Positions 56,233 through 64,000 of a stretch of 64,000 bases of DNA are shown here, piece after piece. Made by a program: the position numbers and the translations under genes. Within the stretch, counting starts at the first letter, position 1, and each line of letters starts with the position of its first letter. The notes below the pieces were generated by a model that saw only the letters and a list, made by a program, of their open reading frames with translations, ran no database searches and was not told where the DNA came from. This DNA is from an uncultured Thermococci archaeon (lineage in GTDB: Archaea; CAYQAE01; CAYVLA01): contig CAZJVP010000051.1 of assembly GCA_964549615.1 (NCBI GenBank), positions 58,740 through 122,739 on the forward strand, given 5' to 3'.

Positions 56233-57291
56233 ATGACGGAGTCGGGCCTTCATGTCGAGAGGGGCTGTATTGTGGCTGAAGCCCACGCTCTGAATGCCTG
56301 CACGGCTGCGGCACTCGGCTCGGGTTTCGCCCAGGTTATCGGCCCCGGCAACGTCGTTGTGACGGGGAGAGACGGGAAGGGCTTCTCAAGGCTAATCAAG
56401 AGGGCTATGACCTGTGGCATTATGGAGAACGGCGTGGAGGTCATGGACACGAGGCTCGTTCCCCGATCCGTAACGCGCTACTGCGTCAGCGACACCTCCT
56501 CGGATTACGGAGTGTATGTGGGCTTTCACTGGCTCAGGCCGGGTAGCCTAGTCTTTTCCTTCTTCGATGCCGCGGGGGCCATCCTCGGGCATGACATGCT
56601 TGAGCGCATACTGGGCAAGATGGGCTGTTTGGAGAAGGGGACATCGGCGCGCGAGGTGGGCGATATCGTCTTCTTTTTCGACGCTGGCCCGAGGTACGAG
56701 GAAGAGATCCTCAGGGCTGTCGACACAAACGCGATATCCTCTGCGCGGCCGAAGGTGGTTGTCGACTGCTCCAACGGGGCCATCTCGGTCACCCTCCCGG
56801 AGATACTGCGAAAGTTGGGTTGCCAGGTTGTATCGTACAACGACGATCCGGCCGGGTACCTTTCTGGCATGCCGGTCTTGGCGGACGAATCCCTCATGGC
56901 GGATTTCGCCGGAAAGGTCAAGGACGGCGGGGCGGATCTGGGAATCGCGCTGGACCCGTTCGGCGAGTGCGCGAGGTTCGCGGACGATGAGGGCGTCGTG
57001 CTTTCACAAAGGGATCTCGGGCTCTTGCTGATGGCGAAGGCCGGGGTGAGGGTGATGGGCGTCTGGCACGGGCTTGGTGGGGCATTCCCATCCAGCATGG
57101 ACGTCAGGATTCTGAAGGAAGATGAGGGGCAGCTCCCCAGGGGGCTTGACGCCGCTTTGGGCCAAGACCATGCCTGCTACCTCGGCAGCCGCAGGAGGAG
57201 GTGGTGGGACGCATCGCCCATGGCGCTCAAGTTGCTCGAGATCGTGTCCGAAGGGGACAAGATTTCTCGGCTGCGGCGGGGGCTGGCCTAG
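56233..57291 (+). CDS. Phosphohexomutase-family paralog with degenerate catalytic motifs (putative pseudo-enzyme), lacking domain IV
   Basis: Domain II/III homology (KVVVDCSNGAISVTLPEILRKLGCQV; GADLGIALDPFGECARF where DGDGDR expected); no TASHNP Ser loop, no RxSGTEP. Confidence 0.45.
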   Translation: MTESGLHVERGCIVAEAHALNACTAAALGSGFAQVIGPGNVVVTGRDGKGFSRLIKRAMTCGIMENGVEVMDTRLVPRSVTRYCVSDTSSDYGVYVGFHWLRPGSLVFSFFDAAGAILGHDMLERILGKMGCLEKGTSAREVGDIVFFFDAGPRYEEEILRAVDTNAISSARPKVVVDCSNGAISVTLPEILRKLGCQVVSYNDDPAGYLSGMPVLADESLMADFAGKVKDGGADLGIALDPFGECARFADDEGVVLSQRDLGLLLMAKAGVRVMGVWHGLGGAFPSSMDVRILKEDEGQLPRGLDAALGQDHACYLGSRRRRWWDASPMALKLLEIVSEGDKISRLRRGLA

Positions 57292-58910
57292 GCGTGGTTC
57301 AGCTGAAGATAGTACCTGTAGCCCTCAACTAGCGCCGTCTTGCTCGCCTCGAGTATGTTCTCCGACACCCCGACGGTCGCCCACCGCTTCTTGTCGGCCT
57401 CGAACTCAACGAAGACCTCAACGGAGGATGCCGTGCCCTCCATGTTTATGACCGTGACCTTGAAGTTCGTGAGGTTGACCTTTGCGCTCTCCGGAAAGAA
57501 GGGCAGGAGAGCTTTCCTCAGGGCATTGTCCTGGGCATTGACCGGGCCGGCCCCCTCTGCAATGGTGTGAATGATCTGGTTCCCGACCTTGACCTTGACG
57601 GTGGCCTCGGCTATCCTCCTACCGTTTGAGTCGACGGATGACAGGGTCCTCCACTCAGTTACGTCGAAGGTCTTGCGCAGGACCCCCAGCTCCTCAGCCA
57701 TCAGGAGGTAAACGGTCGCGTCGGCGTTGAGCAGGTGGTATCCCTGGGCCTCGAGCCGCTTGATTCTCTGCAGGATCCTCGAGGTGCGCTTGTCGCCCTT
57801 ATCCAGTTTGAAGCCGAACTCCCTAGCCTTGGACACCACCGCGGCTCTCCCCGACAGCTCGGACACGGACAGGACGCGGGTGTTCCCCACAAGCTCCGGT
57901 TCTATATGTTCGTAGGACCGGGGATGCTTGTTAACTGCATCCGCGTGCACTCCGCCCTTGTGGCTGAACGCCAGCGAACCCACGTAGGGCTGGTGCGGGT
58001 TCGGCCTCGCATTGATCAACTCGTAGAGGTATTCGGAGGCCTGCTTGAGCTTGGTCAGCCTTTCCTCCCTCTTTCTGTCCCTCATGACGGTTGCGATGCC
58101 GAGCTTGTGTTCTAGGTTCGGCAGGACGGCGCAGAGGTCGGCGTTTCCACATCGTTCCCCGATGCCGTTGAGCGTTCCCTGGACATGTTCGACGCCGGCG
58201 AGAACAGCGGCCACGGTGTTGGCGACGGCGCATCCGGAGTCGTTATGCCCATGGAAGCCGAGCTTCGTGCTCACCTCCTCGCGCGCCCTTTCGGTGATGG
58301 ACTGGATCTCGTTTGGTAGGCTTCCGCCGTTCGAGTCGCACAGCACTATGACCGAGGCATCCGCATCTTCGGCGGCGCGCAGGGTCCGCAGGGCATATGC
58401 GGGGTCGTCCTTGAAGCCGTCGTAGAAATGCTCGGCATCGAATATGACTTCCAGGCCGTGGCTCCGGAGATATTGGATCGAGTCCTGAATCATCTCTATG
58501 TTTCTCTCCTCTGTGGTGCGAAGGACATCCGTCACATGGAAGCGCCAACTCTTCCCGAATATTGCGGCGTACCTGACCCCGGAGTCCACGATGCTTGCGA
58601 GGTTTGGATCGCTGTCCTTTCGGCTGTCTTTCCTCATCGTCGCGCCGAAGGCGGTGAGCTTGGCAGAGAGCGAGTAGTCCCGGATCCTCTTAAAGTACTC
58701 AATGTCCTTGGGGTTGGAGGCGGGCCAGCCGCCTTCGATGAAATGAACCCCGAGCTCATCCAGCTTCAGGGTGAGGTCGATCTTGTCCTGAAGCGAGAAG
58801 GTGATTCCGGTCGTCTGTGAACCGTCCCTGAGGGTGGTGTCGTAGACATCCACCTGAGATGGAAGATGCTTGCTCATGTCTATCGCTTTCTGGAGGGAAT
58901 GCCCAGGCAA
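57288..58910 (-). CDS. 2-isopropylmalate/(R)-citramalate synthase family (LeuA/CimA)
   Basis: VDVYDTTLRDGSQ HMGL-like barrel signature plus LeuA-type C-terminal regulatory domain; 540 aa. Confidence 0.65.
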   Translation of the reverse strand: MPGHSLQKAIDMSKHLPSQVDVYDTTLRDGSQTTGITFSLQDKIDLTLKLDELGVHFIEGGWPASNPKDIEYFKRIRDYSLSAKLTAFGATMRKDSRKDSDPNLASIVDSGVRYAAIFGKSWRFHVTDVLRTTEERNIEMIQDSIQYLRSHGLEVIFDAEHFYDGFKDDPAYALRTLRAAEDADASVIVLCDSNGGSLPNEIQSITERAREEVSTKLGFHGHNDSGCAVANTVAAVLAGVEHVQGTLNGIGERCGNADLCAVLPNLEHKLGIATVMRDRKREERLTKLKQASEYLYELINARPNPHQPYVGSLAFSHKGGVHADAVNKHPRSYEHIEPELVGNTRVLSVSELSGRAAVVSKAREFGFKLDKGDKRTSRILQRIKRLEAQGYHLLNADATVYLLMAEELGVLRKTFDVTEWRTLSSVDSNGRRIAEATVKVKVGNQIIHTIAEGAGPVNAQDNALRKALLPFFPESAKVNLTNFKVTVINMEGTASSVEVFVEFEADKKRWATVGVSENILEASKTALVEGYRYYLQLNHA

Positions 58911-59148
58911 CCAACATAGGGATCTGAGGAATCTTAATTAGTGTTTCTCGGTCCTAGGAAGGATTCACCTTGGTCGGGTCGGCAGCGGTCCGGCGCGCCG
59001 TCGATCCTGCGGCATTTGTCTGGACCGTTGCGGATTTCGGGAACCGGACGGGTTCATCGTCGAAGCCCAATATTAGGCCCTGGCGTCCTCTTTGCGCCGG
59101 GCAAGCCCTCCATAGGAGCCAAGGATTCTTCCCTGATGGAGGGGGGTG

Positions 59149-60669
59149 CTAGTCCTTCCGGCGTCGGAGGGCTGCCCTATCTCGCACGGAGACAAGCGGC
59201 CTATCCCTTCCCAGCCTTCTGCCCAACGCCCCCGCCAGGAACAGGACAAACGCCCACGCGGTGCGGCCCTCGTTAACCTTGACCCTGAAGAACCAAGGGT
59301 CGCCGCGGCTTCCGTGCTGGTTCGTGAAGCTGCCTATGATGTAGTCATCCGGAGTTATGGATCGGCAGCCCCCCACGGAGTAGATCCCGTTGGGTATGGG
59401 ATCGCTCAGCACAAGATCGTGCCAGGTGTCCCCGTTATCGCGGCTCATCAGCACACCTATGTGGGTCTGGTTGGCTCGACCGATGTAGTAGAGGGGGCTG
59501 GTCCCCGGACCTGTGGCAAAGTATCCGTCCAGCCCCATGATGGAGATCGTCTCACCCCTCCACTCCGGGTAGATCCTCTTATCGATCTGGCCCGAGGCGA
59601 GATCGATCCTCACATAGTGCTGTCGCGGGGGATTGGTCTGGCCCAGGTAGGCGAAGTGCACCTTCCCGTTCTTGGCGATCATGCTGGAGAGCCAGGTGTG
59701 CACCTCGAACTCATCCGGAAGGATTATCTGGTCGGCCATGCCGCTCTGGTCGGGCAGGATCGGGCAGTAGAGCCGGGTTCCGTCCGCCTTGTGCCAGGTT
59801 TCTCCGCCGTTAGGCGTGTTAGCGTAGTGGATATCCCAGTACAGGTACCTGTCTTTGTGGTTCGTGGTCCAGGCATGGTGAAGCAGGCCCGTTTCGTCGA
59901 CGTATATGTGCGGATACTGGGTTGTCGCATTCCGGCCGCTGAACTCGACGACCTGTTTCCAGCTGATGAGCTTGCCCGTGGTGGCGTTGACCACGAAGAA
60001 CTTGCCGTAGTGGTTGAAGAGGTAGACCTTGCCTGCAGCATACATCATGGAGTACTTGCCGCTTGTTGCTCCGTTTATCCTCGTGATCTCCGGGTCCCTG
60101 TAGTCCTTGCTCGCTAGGAAACGGTGAAAGAGGAAGGGCCTCATGGGGTCGGTTTCGTCGCTGCAGACCGCGAGGATGTTGTTGTGCTCGTCCGTCTCTA
60201 TGCAGGCTGCCTTCGAGCCCACCCTGGGGGAAGTGTAGACGGTCTCAAACGTCCTGCCCCCGTCCGTGCTTCTCACCAGCTTCCAAGTTCCGGGCCAAGG
60301 CGCGACGTCGGCGTAGTCAACGAGGTAGGTCATGAATATTCCGTTCTCGTTCTGCACGACCTTCTGGTTGTGGCTTTGGAATGTCGCGTAGTACGTGCAG
60401 TTATTGTCTATGAGGGTCAGCTCGAAAGCCGGAACGTCTTGGTCTCCCAGAAATGGGGATTGTCCGAGCGAGCGTTCGTCAGGCGTTGCAGAGGGCATGG
60501 ACTCCCCTTGCATGCCGTTCGCTGCTCTTGCCAGAGTTGAAATGCAGCATGATGCAGTGCATGCGGCCGACAGGCCCAGTAGTAGGACTGCGCTAAGGGC
60601 TCTTGGCGTCCGAGTTGGGCGTATCATGCTCAACGGGTCTCGCAGGTGTGCTCTGAAAAAGCTAATCAC
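59149..60669 (-). CDS. Secreted BNR/Asp-box repeat protein (sialidase-like beta-propeller)
   Basis: Signal peptide; Asp-boxes STDGGRTF, TPNGGETW, SRDNGDTW. Confidence 0.55.
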   Translation of the reverse strand: MISFFRAHLRDPLSMIRPTRTPRALSAVLLLGLSAACTASCCISTLARAANGMQGESMPSATPDERSLGQSPFLGDQDVPAFELTLIDNNCTYYATFQSHNQKVVQNENGIFMTYLVDYADVAPWPGTWKLVRSTDGGRTFETVYTSPRVGSKAACIETDEHNNILAVCSDETDPMRPFLFHRFLASKDYRDPEITRINGATSGKYSMMYAAGKVYLFNHYGKFFVVNATTGKLISWKQVVEFSGRNATTQYPHIYVDETGLLHHAWTTNHKDRYLYWDIHYANTPNGGETWHKADGTRLYCPILPDQSGMADQIILPDEFEVHTWLSSMIAKNGKVHFAYLGQTNPPRQHYVRIDLASGQIDKRIYPEWRGETISIMGLDGYFATGPGTSPLYYIGRANQTHIGVLMSRDNGDTWHDLVLSDPIPNGIYSVGGCRSITPDDYIIGSFTNQHGSRGDPWFFRVKVNEGRTAWAFVLFLAGALGRRLGRDRPLVSVRDRAALRRRKD

Positions 60670-60819
60670 CCACCGGGTTGACCGCCTCCAAACCGCGGCT
60701 TGGGTCTTCCCGGACGGCCGAACCCGTCTCCGTCAAGCCCCCAGGCTGGTCTCGGTCCCGGTCAGCCGATGGTTACAATTATAAACCGGCCATGGAGCCG
60801 GCTGCCTCACGGGTTTGCG

Positions 60820-61482
60820 ATGGCGGACATTCTCAGCCAGATCGCTGACAGCGTCGTCAACATCGATTTCAACGGTACAAAGAAACTCGTTCGGAAAGCC
60901 TTGAAGGACGGCGTTCCGCCTGTGGATATCGTGCTAAGGGGTCTCTCGAAGGGAATGGAGAGGGTAGGCGAGCTCTACGAGTCATCCGAATACTTCGAGG
61001 CCGAGCTGATCGCCTCGGGACAGGTCATGCAAGAGGCCCTCGAGATCGTGAGGCCCCACATTGAGGTCGACAAGCTGGACTCCCCGGGCACCTTCATCAT
61101 CGGGACGGTCAAGGGCGACCTCCACGACATCGGCAAGAACATGGTGATTGCGATGATGAGGTCGGCCGGCTTCAAGATAGTCGATCTGGGCGTCGATGTG
61201 GACAAGCAGGCCTTCGTCGACGCGGTGAGGAAGGCGGACGGAAAGATCATCGTGGCAATGTCCGCGCTTCTCACCACCACCATGCCGGCGATGAAGGAGG
61301 TAGTTGACGAGCTTGACCGCCAGGGGCTAAGGGAGAAGGTGAAGGTGCTGCTTGGCGGAAGGCCGGTCAACGCTGAATTCGCAAGGAAGATGGGCAGCGA
61401 CGGTTACGCCAGGGACGCGGTATCCGCCGTCAGGGTGGCCAAGCGGTTGCTGGCCAGCAAACCCGGCGAGTTCGTCACCTGA
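60820..61482 (+). CDS. Cobalamin-binding (corrinoid) protein, B12-binding domain
   Basis: GTVKGDLHDIGKNMV (DxHxxG B12 motif), N-terminal helical B12-binding-2 domain; start MADILSQIA at 60820. Confidence 0.6.
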   Translation: MADILSQIADSVVNIDFNGTKKLVRKALKDGVPPVDIVLRGLSKGMERVGELYESSEYFEAELIASGQVMQEALEIVRPHIEVDKLDSPGTFIIGTVKGDLHDIGKNMVIAMMRSAGFKIVDLGVDVDKQAFVDAVRKADGKIIVAMSALLTTTMPAMKEVVDELDRQGLREKVKVLLGGRPVNAEFARKMGSDGYARDAVSAVRVAKRLLASKPGEFVT

Positions 61483-61610
61483 ATGCGGGAAGCGGTCATC
61501 GGGATGGGCCGGGCGATCCATGCTCCAGGCCTGACAATATTTATCACGTGTGCCCAGGCGGCAGTGGCGGTGATGGGTTGAAGGACGAGATCGCTGGCAT
61601 AATCTGCGCA

Positions 61611-62459
61611 ATGATGACTCCCCGCAATAGGGACGGGTCCGTGATGGAGAAAGGGGTCAAGTCCCTGGTCGACCACCTGATAGCAAACGGCGTGAACGTG
61701 GTCTTTCCGACCGGGACTGCGGGCGAGGGCCCCATCCTTTCCACCGAGCGCAAGAAGCAGGTGATCTCGGCCGTGGTGGATGCCGTGGGAGGAAGGATCC
61801 CCGTCACCCCCGGCATCGCCTGCCCAACCACCGAGGAGACCATCGAGCTCGGCAGGTTCTGCGAGGACCTAGGCGTGGAGGCCGTCGTGGTCGTGACCCC
61901 ATGGTACTATAGGGTCGGCGACGAGACCCTTTACAAGCACTACGCGTCGATCGCCGAGGCGCTTGACACGCCAGTCATAGCCTACAAGATCCCCCAAGCA
62001 GCGGTGAACGACATATCCCTTGACCTCCTCGGCAGATTGGCCAAGGTCGACGGCATCGCGGCAGTCAAGGACAGCAGCGGGGATATGGTATGGCTTTCCA
62101 AGGCCATCGCCCTATACGGCGACCGGTTCAAGTTCTACGGCGGGAACGACCGCCTGATCCTGCCCTGCCTGGCGGTGGGGGCAGAAGGGCACGTCTCGGG
62201 TTCGTCCAACTGCTTCACGAGCGAGGTCGTCGAGGTCTACAGGCAGTTCAAGAAGGGCGATCTGAAGGCGGCCCTTGCCGCGCAGCAGCACCTCCTGAAG
62301 GAGCTCATGTGCCTGCCGCCGGCGAAGGAGATATCGGCGATGAGGGAGGTGCTCAGGTGGAAGGGGATCGAGATCGGCGAGGCGCTGGACCCGGTGGGCG
62401 TTCTCACCAGCGAGGAGCGAAAGGACCTCAAGGAACGCCTCGCCAGGCTCGCACCCTAA
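61611..62459 (+). CDS. DapA/NAL-family class I aldolase (4-hydroxy-tetrahydrodipicolinate synthase-like)
   Basis: MMTPRNRDGSV...VVFPTGTAGEGPILS...AYKIPQ; Schiff-base Lys region AVKDSSG. Confidence 0.6.
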   Translation: MMTPRNRDGSVMEKGVKSLVDHLIANGVNVVFPTGTAGEGPILSTERKKQVISAVVDAVGGRIPVTPGIACPTTEETIELGRFCEDLGVEAVVVVTPWYYRVGDETLYKHYASIAEALDTPVIAYKIPQAAVNDISLDLLGRLAKVDGIAAVKDSSGDMVWLSKAIALYGDRFKFYGGNDRLILPCLAVGAEGHVSGSSNCFTSEVVEVYRQFKKGDLKAALAAQQHLLKELMCLPPAKEISAMREVLRWKGIEIGEALDPVGVLTSEERKDLKERLARLAP

Positions 62460-63151
62460 ACGCGCCCGGGGAGCAGGTTTGACAGCAGGAAGGCCTCGGC
62501 GTACTCGGTCCCAGCCATGAAGCCCCTCACCCGGGCAAGCCCCTCGATGAATCGAAGGACGCCCTGCGTTGTCTCGACCTGCGAGGCTTGGGACTCCATC
62601 GCCCGCATCTTTTTCTCGAACTGCTTGCTTATGTCCACGACGATGGACGGTTGGGTGAAGAGATCTAGGATCTCGTAGTAGAACAGGTAGGAGCAGTACC
62701 AGGGTTCCCCCAGGTCCGCCAAGACATTCTCGCTCGCCTTCCACCGGACCTCGTCAACTATCTGGGCCACGGCTCGATGGTCTCGGTGCTTGTCGGAGTG
62801 ACTGTGGCAGAGGATGAGATCCGGCTTCTTGTCCCTCACTATGGCGACGCAGCGCTGGTAGGTTGCCGTGTCGTTAACCACGCCTTGGCATGGGAGCCCC
62901 AGGATCAACCGCTCCTTAACCCCGAGGATCGAGTCGCACTTCCTGGCCTCGCCAGTCCTTATCTCGGCCATTCTCCCTTTGAGCTCCGGCCTTCCGTACC
63001 CGGTTTCCCCGGCGGTGAAGGTGACGACCGTGACCTCTGCTCCGTCCTCGCTCAACCTGGCGATCGTGCCCCCAGGTCCGATTATCTCATCATCGGGATG
63101 GGCGCCGAAGACCAACACTCTGCGTATCCTCTTGCCATTGAGCTCAAACAT
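62456..63151 (-). CDS. PIG-L/LmbE-family N-acetylglucosaminyl deacetylase
   Basis: RVLVFGAHPDDEIIGPGGTIA...HSHSDKHRDH; probable start MFELNGK at 63151. Confidence 0.6.
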   Translation of the reverse strand: MFELNGKRIRRVLVFGAHPDDEIIGPGGTIARLSEDGAEVTVVTFTAGETGYGRPELKGRMAEIRTGEARKCDSILGVKERLILGLPCQGVVNDTATYQRCVAIVRDKKPDLILCHSHSDKHRDHRAVAQIVDEVRWKASENVLADLGEPWYCSYLFYYEILDLFTQPSIVVDISKQFEKKMRAMESQASQVETTQGVLRFIEGLARVRGFMAGTEYAEAFLLSNLLPGRV

Positions 63152-63423
63152 GCTCGGATCATCCCCGCTGAAGGTCTTACACCTGCCTGGCACAACGCGG
63201 CTGAAGAATTTGCGTGGCCCTGCGGCCCGTGGTCCAAGGCTGCCGACGACCGCAGCCCACTCGACTACCCGCATCGGGGTGCTCAAAAAGATTTCTCTGA
63301 TCGATCCGTCCGGTAGAGGTAGCCGCACGCGGTCACCCGAACGGCGGAATGCCGCGTTGGCGAGTGCCGAAGATTCCGAGGCCGGGCATAGGGAAGCTAG
63401 GAAAAAAAGGCACCCTCGCTGGC

Positions 63424-64000
63424 CTATCCCTCTACGAAGCTTGAGACCGTGGCGGCGTCAAGCCTCTTGACGCATTCCATAACCAGAGAGATGGTGGCCT
63501 CCACGTCCGCGACCGAGAACATGCCGACATGCGAGTGTATGTGACGGGTCGGGACGCCCAGCACGATGCTCGGGCAGCCGGCCCCCGTGATATGTATCTG
63601 GCCCGCGTCCGTTCCGCCGCGCGTCGCGATGGAGAGCTGATGCCGGATCCCAGCCTCTTTTGCCACCCTGATCACGAACTCCTTCAGCGGCTGGTTGGGT
63701 ATCATCGATGTGTCGTATGTGAGGATGGCAACCCCCTTGCCCATCTTGGCCGGCGCTACCTTGTTGGCTGCCCCCGGGACGTCTCCGGAGATGTCGACCT
63801 CCAGAGTGAGGCATACATCTGGGTTGGTCTCATAGGCGACCGTGCGGGCACCGCGTGCGCCGACCTCCTCCTGCGTTGTGGCCACGCCCACGACCGTGTT
63901 CGGGTGTGCAATGCCTTCCATCCTCAGCTTCCTGACAACCTCCATTGCGATGAAGGCGCCGAGGCGGTCATCGAAGGCCTTGCCTATGGCGATGCGCCCG
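63424..64000 (-). CDS. M42 (TET/FrvX) aminopeptidase, 3' portion; gene continues beyond window end
   Basis: ...GRIAIGKAFDDRLGAFIAMEVVRKL...GVATTQEEVGARGAR...HIHS... Confidence 0.6.
   Translation of the reverse strand, partial: GRIAIGKAFDDRLGAFIAMEVVRKLRMEGIAHPNTVVGVATTQEEVGARGARTVAYETNPDVCLTLEVDISGDVPGAANKVAPAKMGKGVAILTYDTSMIPNQPLKEFVIRVAKEAGIRHQLSIATRGGTDAGQIHITGAGCPSIVLGVPTRHIHSHVGMFSVADVEATISLVMECVKRLDAATVSSFVEG

Noticed and set aside
59146-60117. 323-aa ORF antisense to the BNR protein
   Set aside because: The sense strand has a signal peptide and three Asp-boxes; the antisense lacks features.

Overview
This is a high-GC (roughly 60-65% by eye) prokaryotic window with dense coding on both strands. 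Long antisense ORFs are frequent and were treated as GC artefacts unless supported by recognisable motifs. Taxon is unresolved: GH57, TET/M42 peptidase, oligo-T terminators and a tRNA without encoded CCA coexist with MurQ, Fpg, an IS91-like transposase, a PqaA-like hydrolase and SD-like sites.

**Main gene content**
- **1-12.5 kb, glycogen/alpha-glucan cluster:** a GDE-type amylo-alpha-1,6-glucosidase, two GT-B glycogen-synthase-like glycosyltransferases, a GH57 enzyme, and a GT35 alpha-glucan phosphorylase carrying an N-terminal YHS metal-binding domain.
- **12.6-14.2 kb:** murQ next to an internally deleted BadF-type sugar kinase pseudogene, which ends in a CRISPR-like 36/36/36 repeat-spacer-repeat.
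- **14-29 kb:** several large glycoside-hydrolase-like or unknown proteins and a metallo-beta-lactamase-fold hydrolase.
- **30.4-37.8 kb, segmental duplication:** a Fpg/Nei-HIT-small-membrane-protein block occurs twice with reciprocal decay. The copies bracket secreted proteins and a frameshifted IS91-like transposase; a (GTGACT)n microsatellite sits at one breakpoint.
- **38-42 kb:** wHTH regulator, beta-helix protein, an RlmJ-reminiscent unknown and an SGNH hydrolase.
- **49-50.7 kb:** an 18-bp x4 tandem repeat in a large divergent intergenic region, followed by an uncharacterised 137-aa ORF that overlaps a PIN toxin.
- **50.8-64 kb, housekeeping:** PqaA-like hydrolase, tRNA-Thr(GGU), truA, TraB, a sugar nucleotidyltransferase plus a catalytically degenerate phosphohexomutase paralog, leuA/cimA, a BNR protein, a corrinoid protein, a dapA-like gene, a PIG-L deacetylase and a partial M42 peptidase.

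**Most striking signal**
Five paralogs of a signal-peptide, C-terminally anchored protein family carrying a conserved GGWESFGG motif sit at 1.5, 16.4, 42.1, 44.7 and 47.8 kb, three of them within 7 kb of each other. I could not assign this family with confidence.
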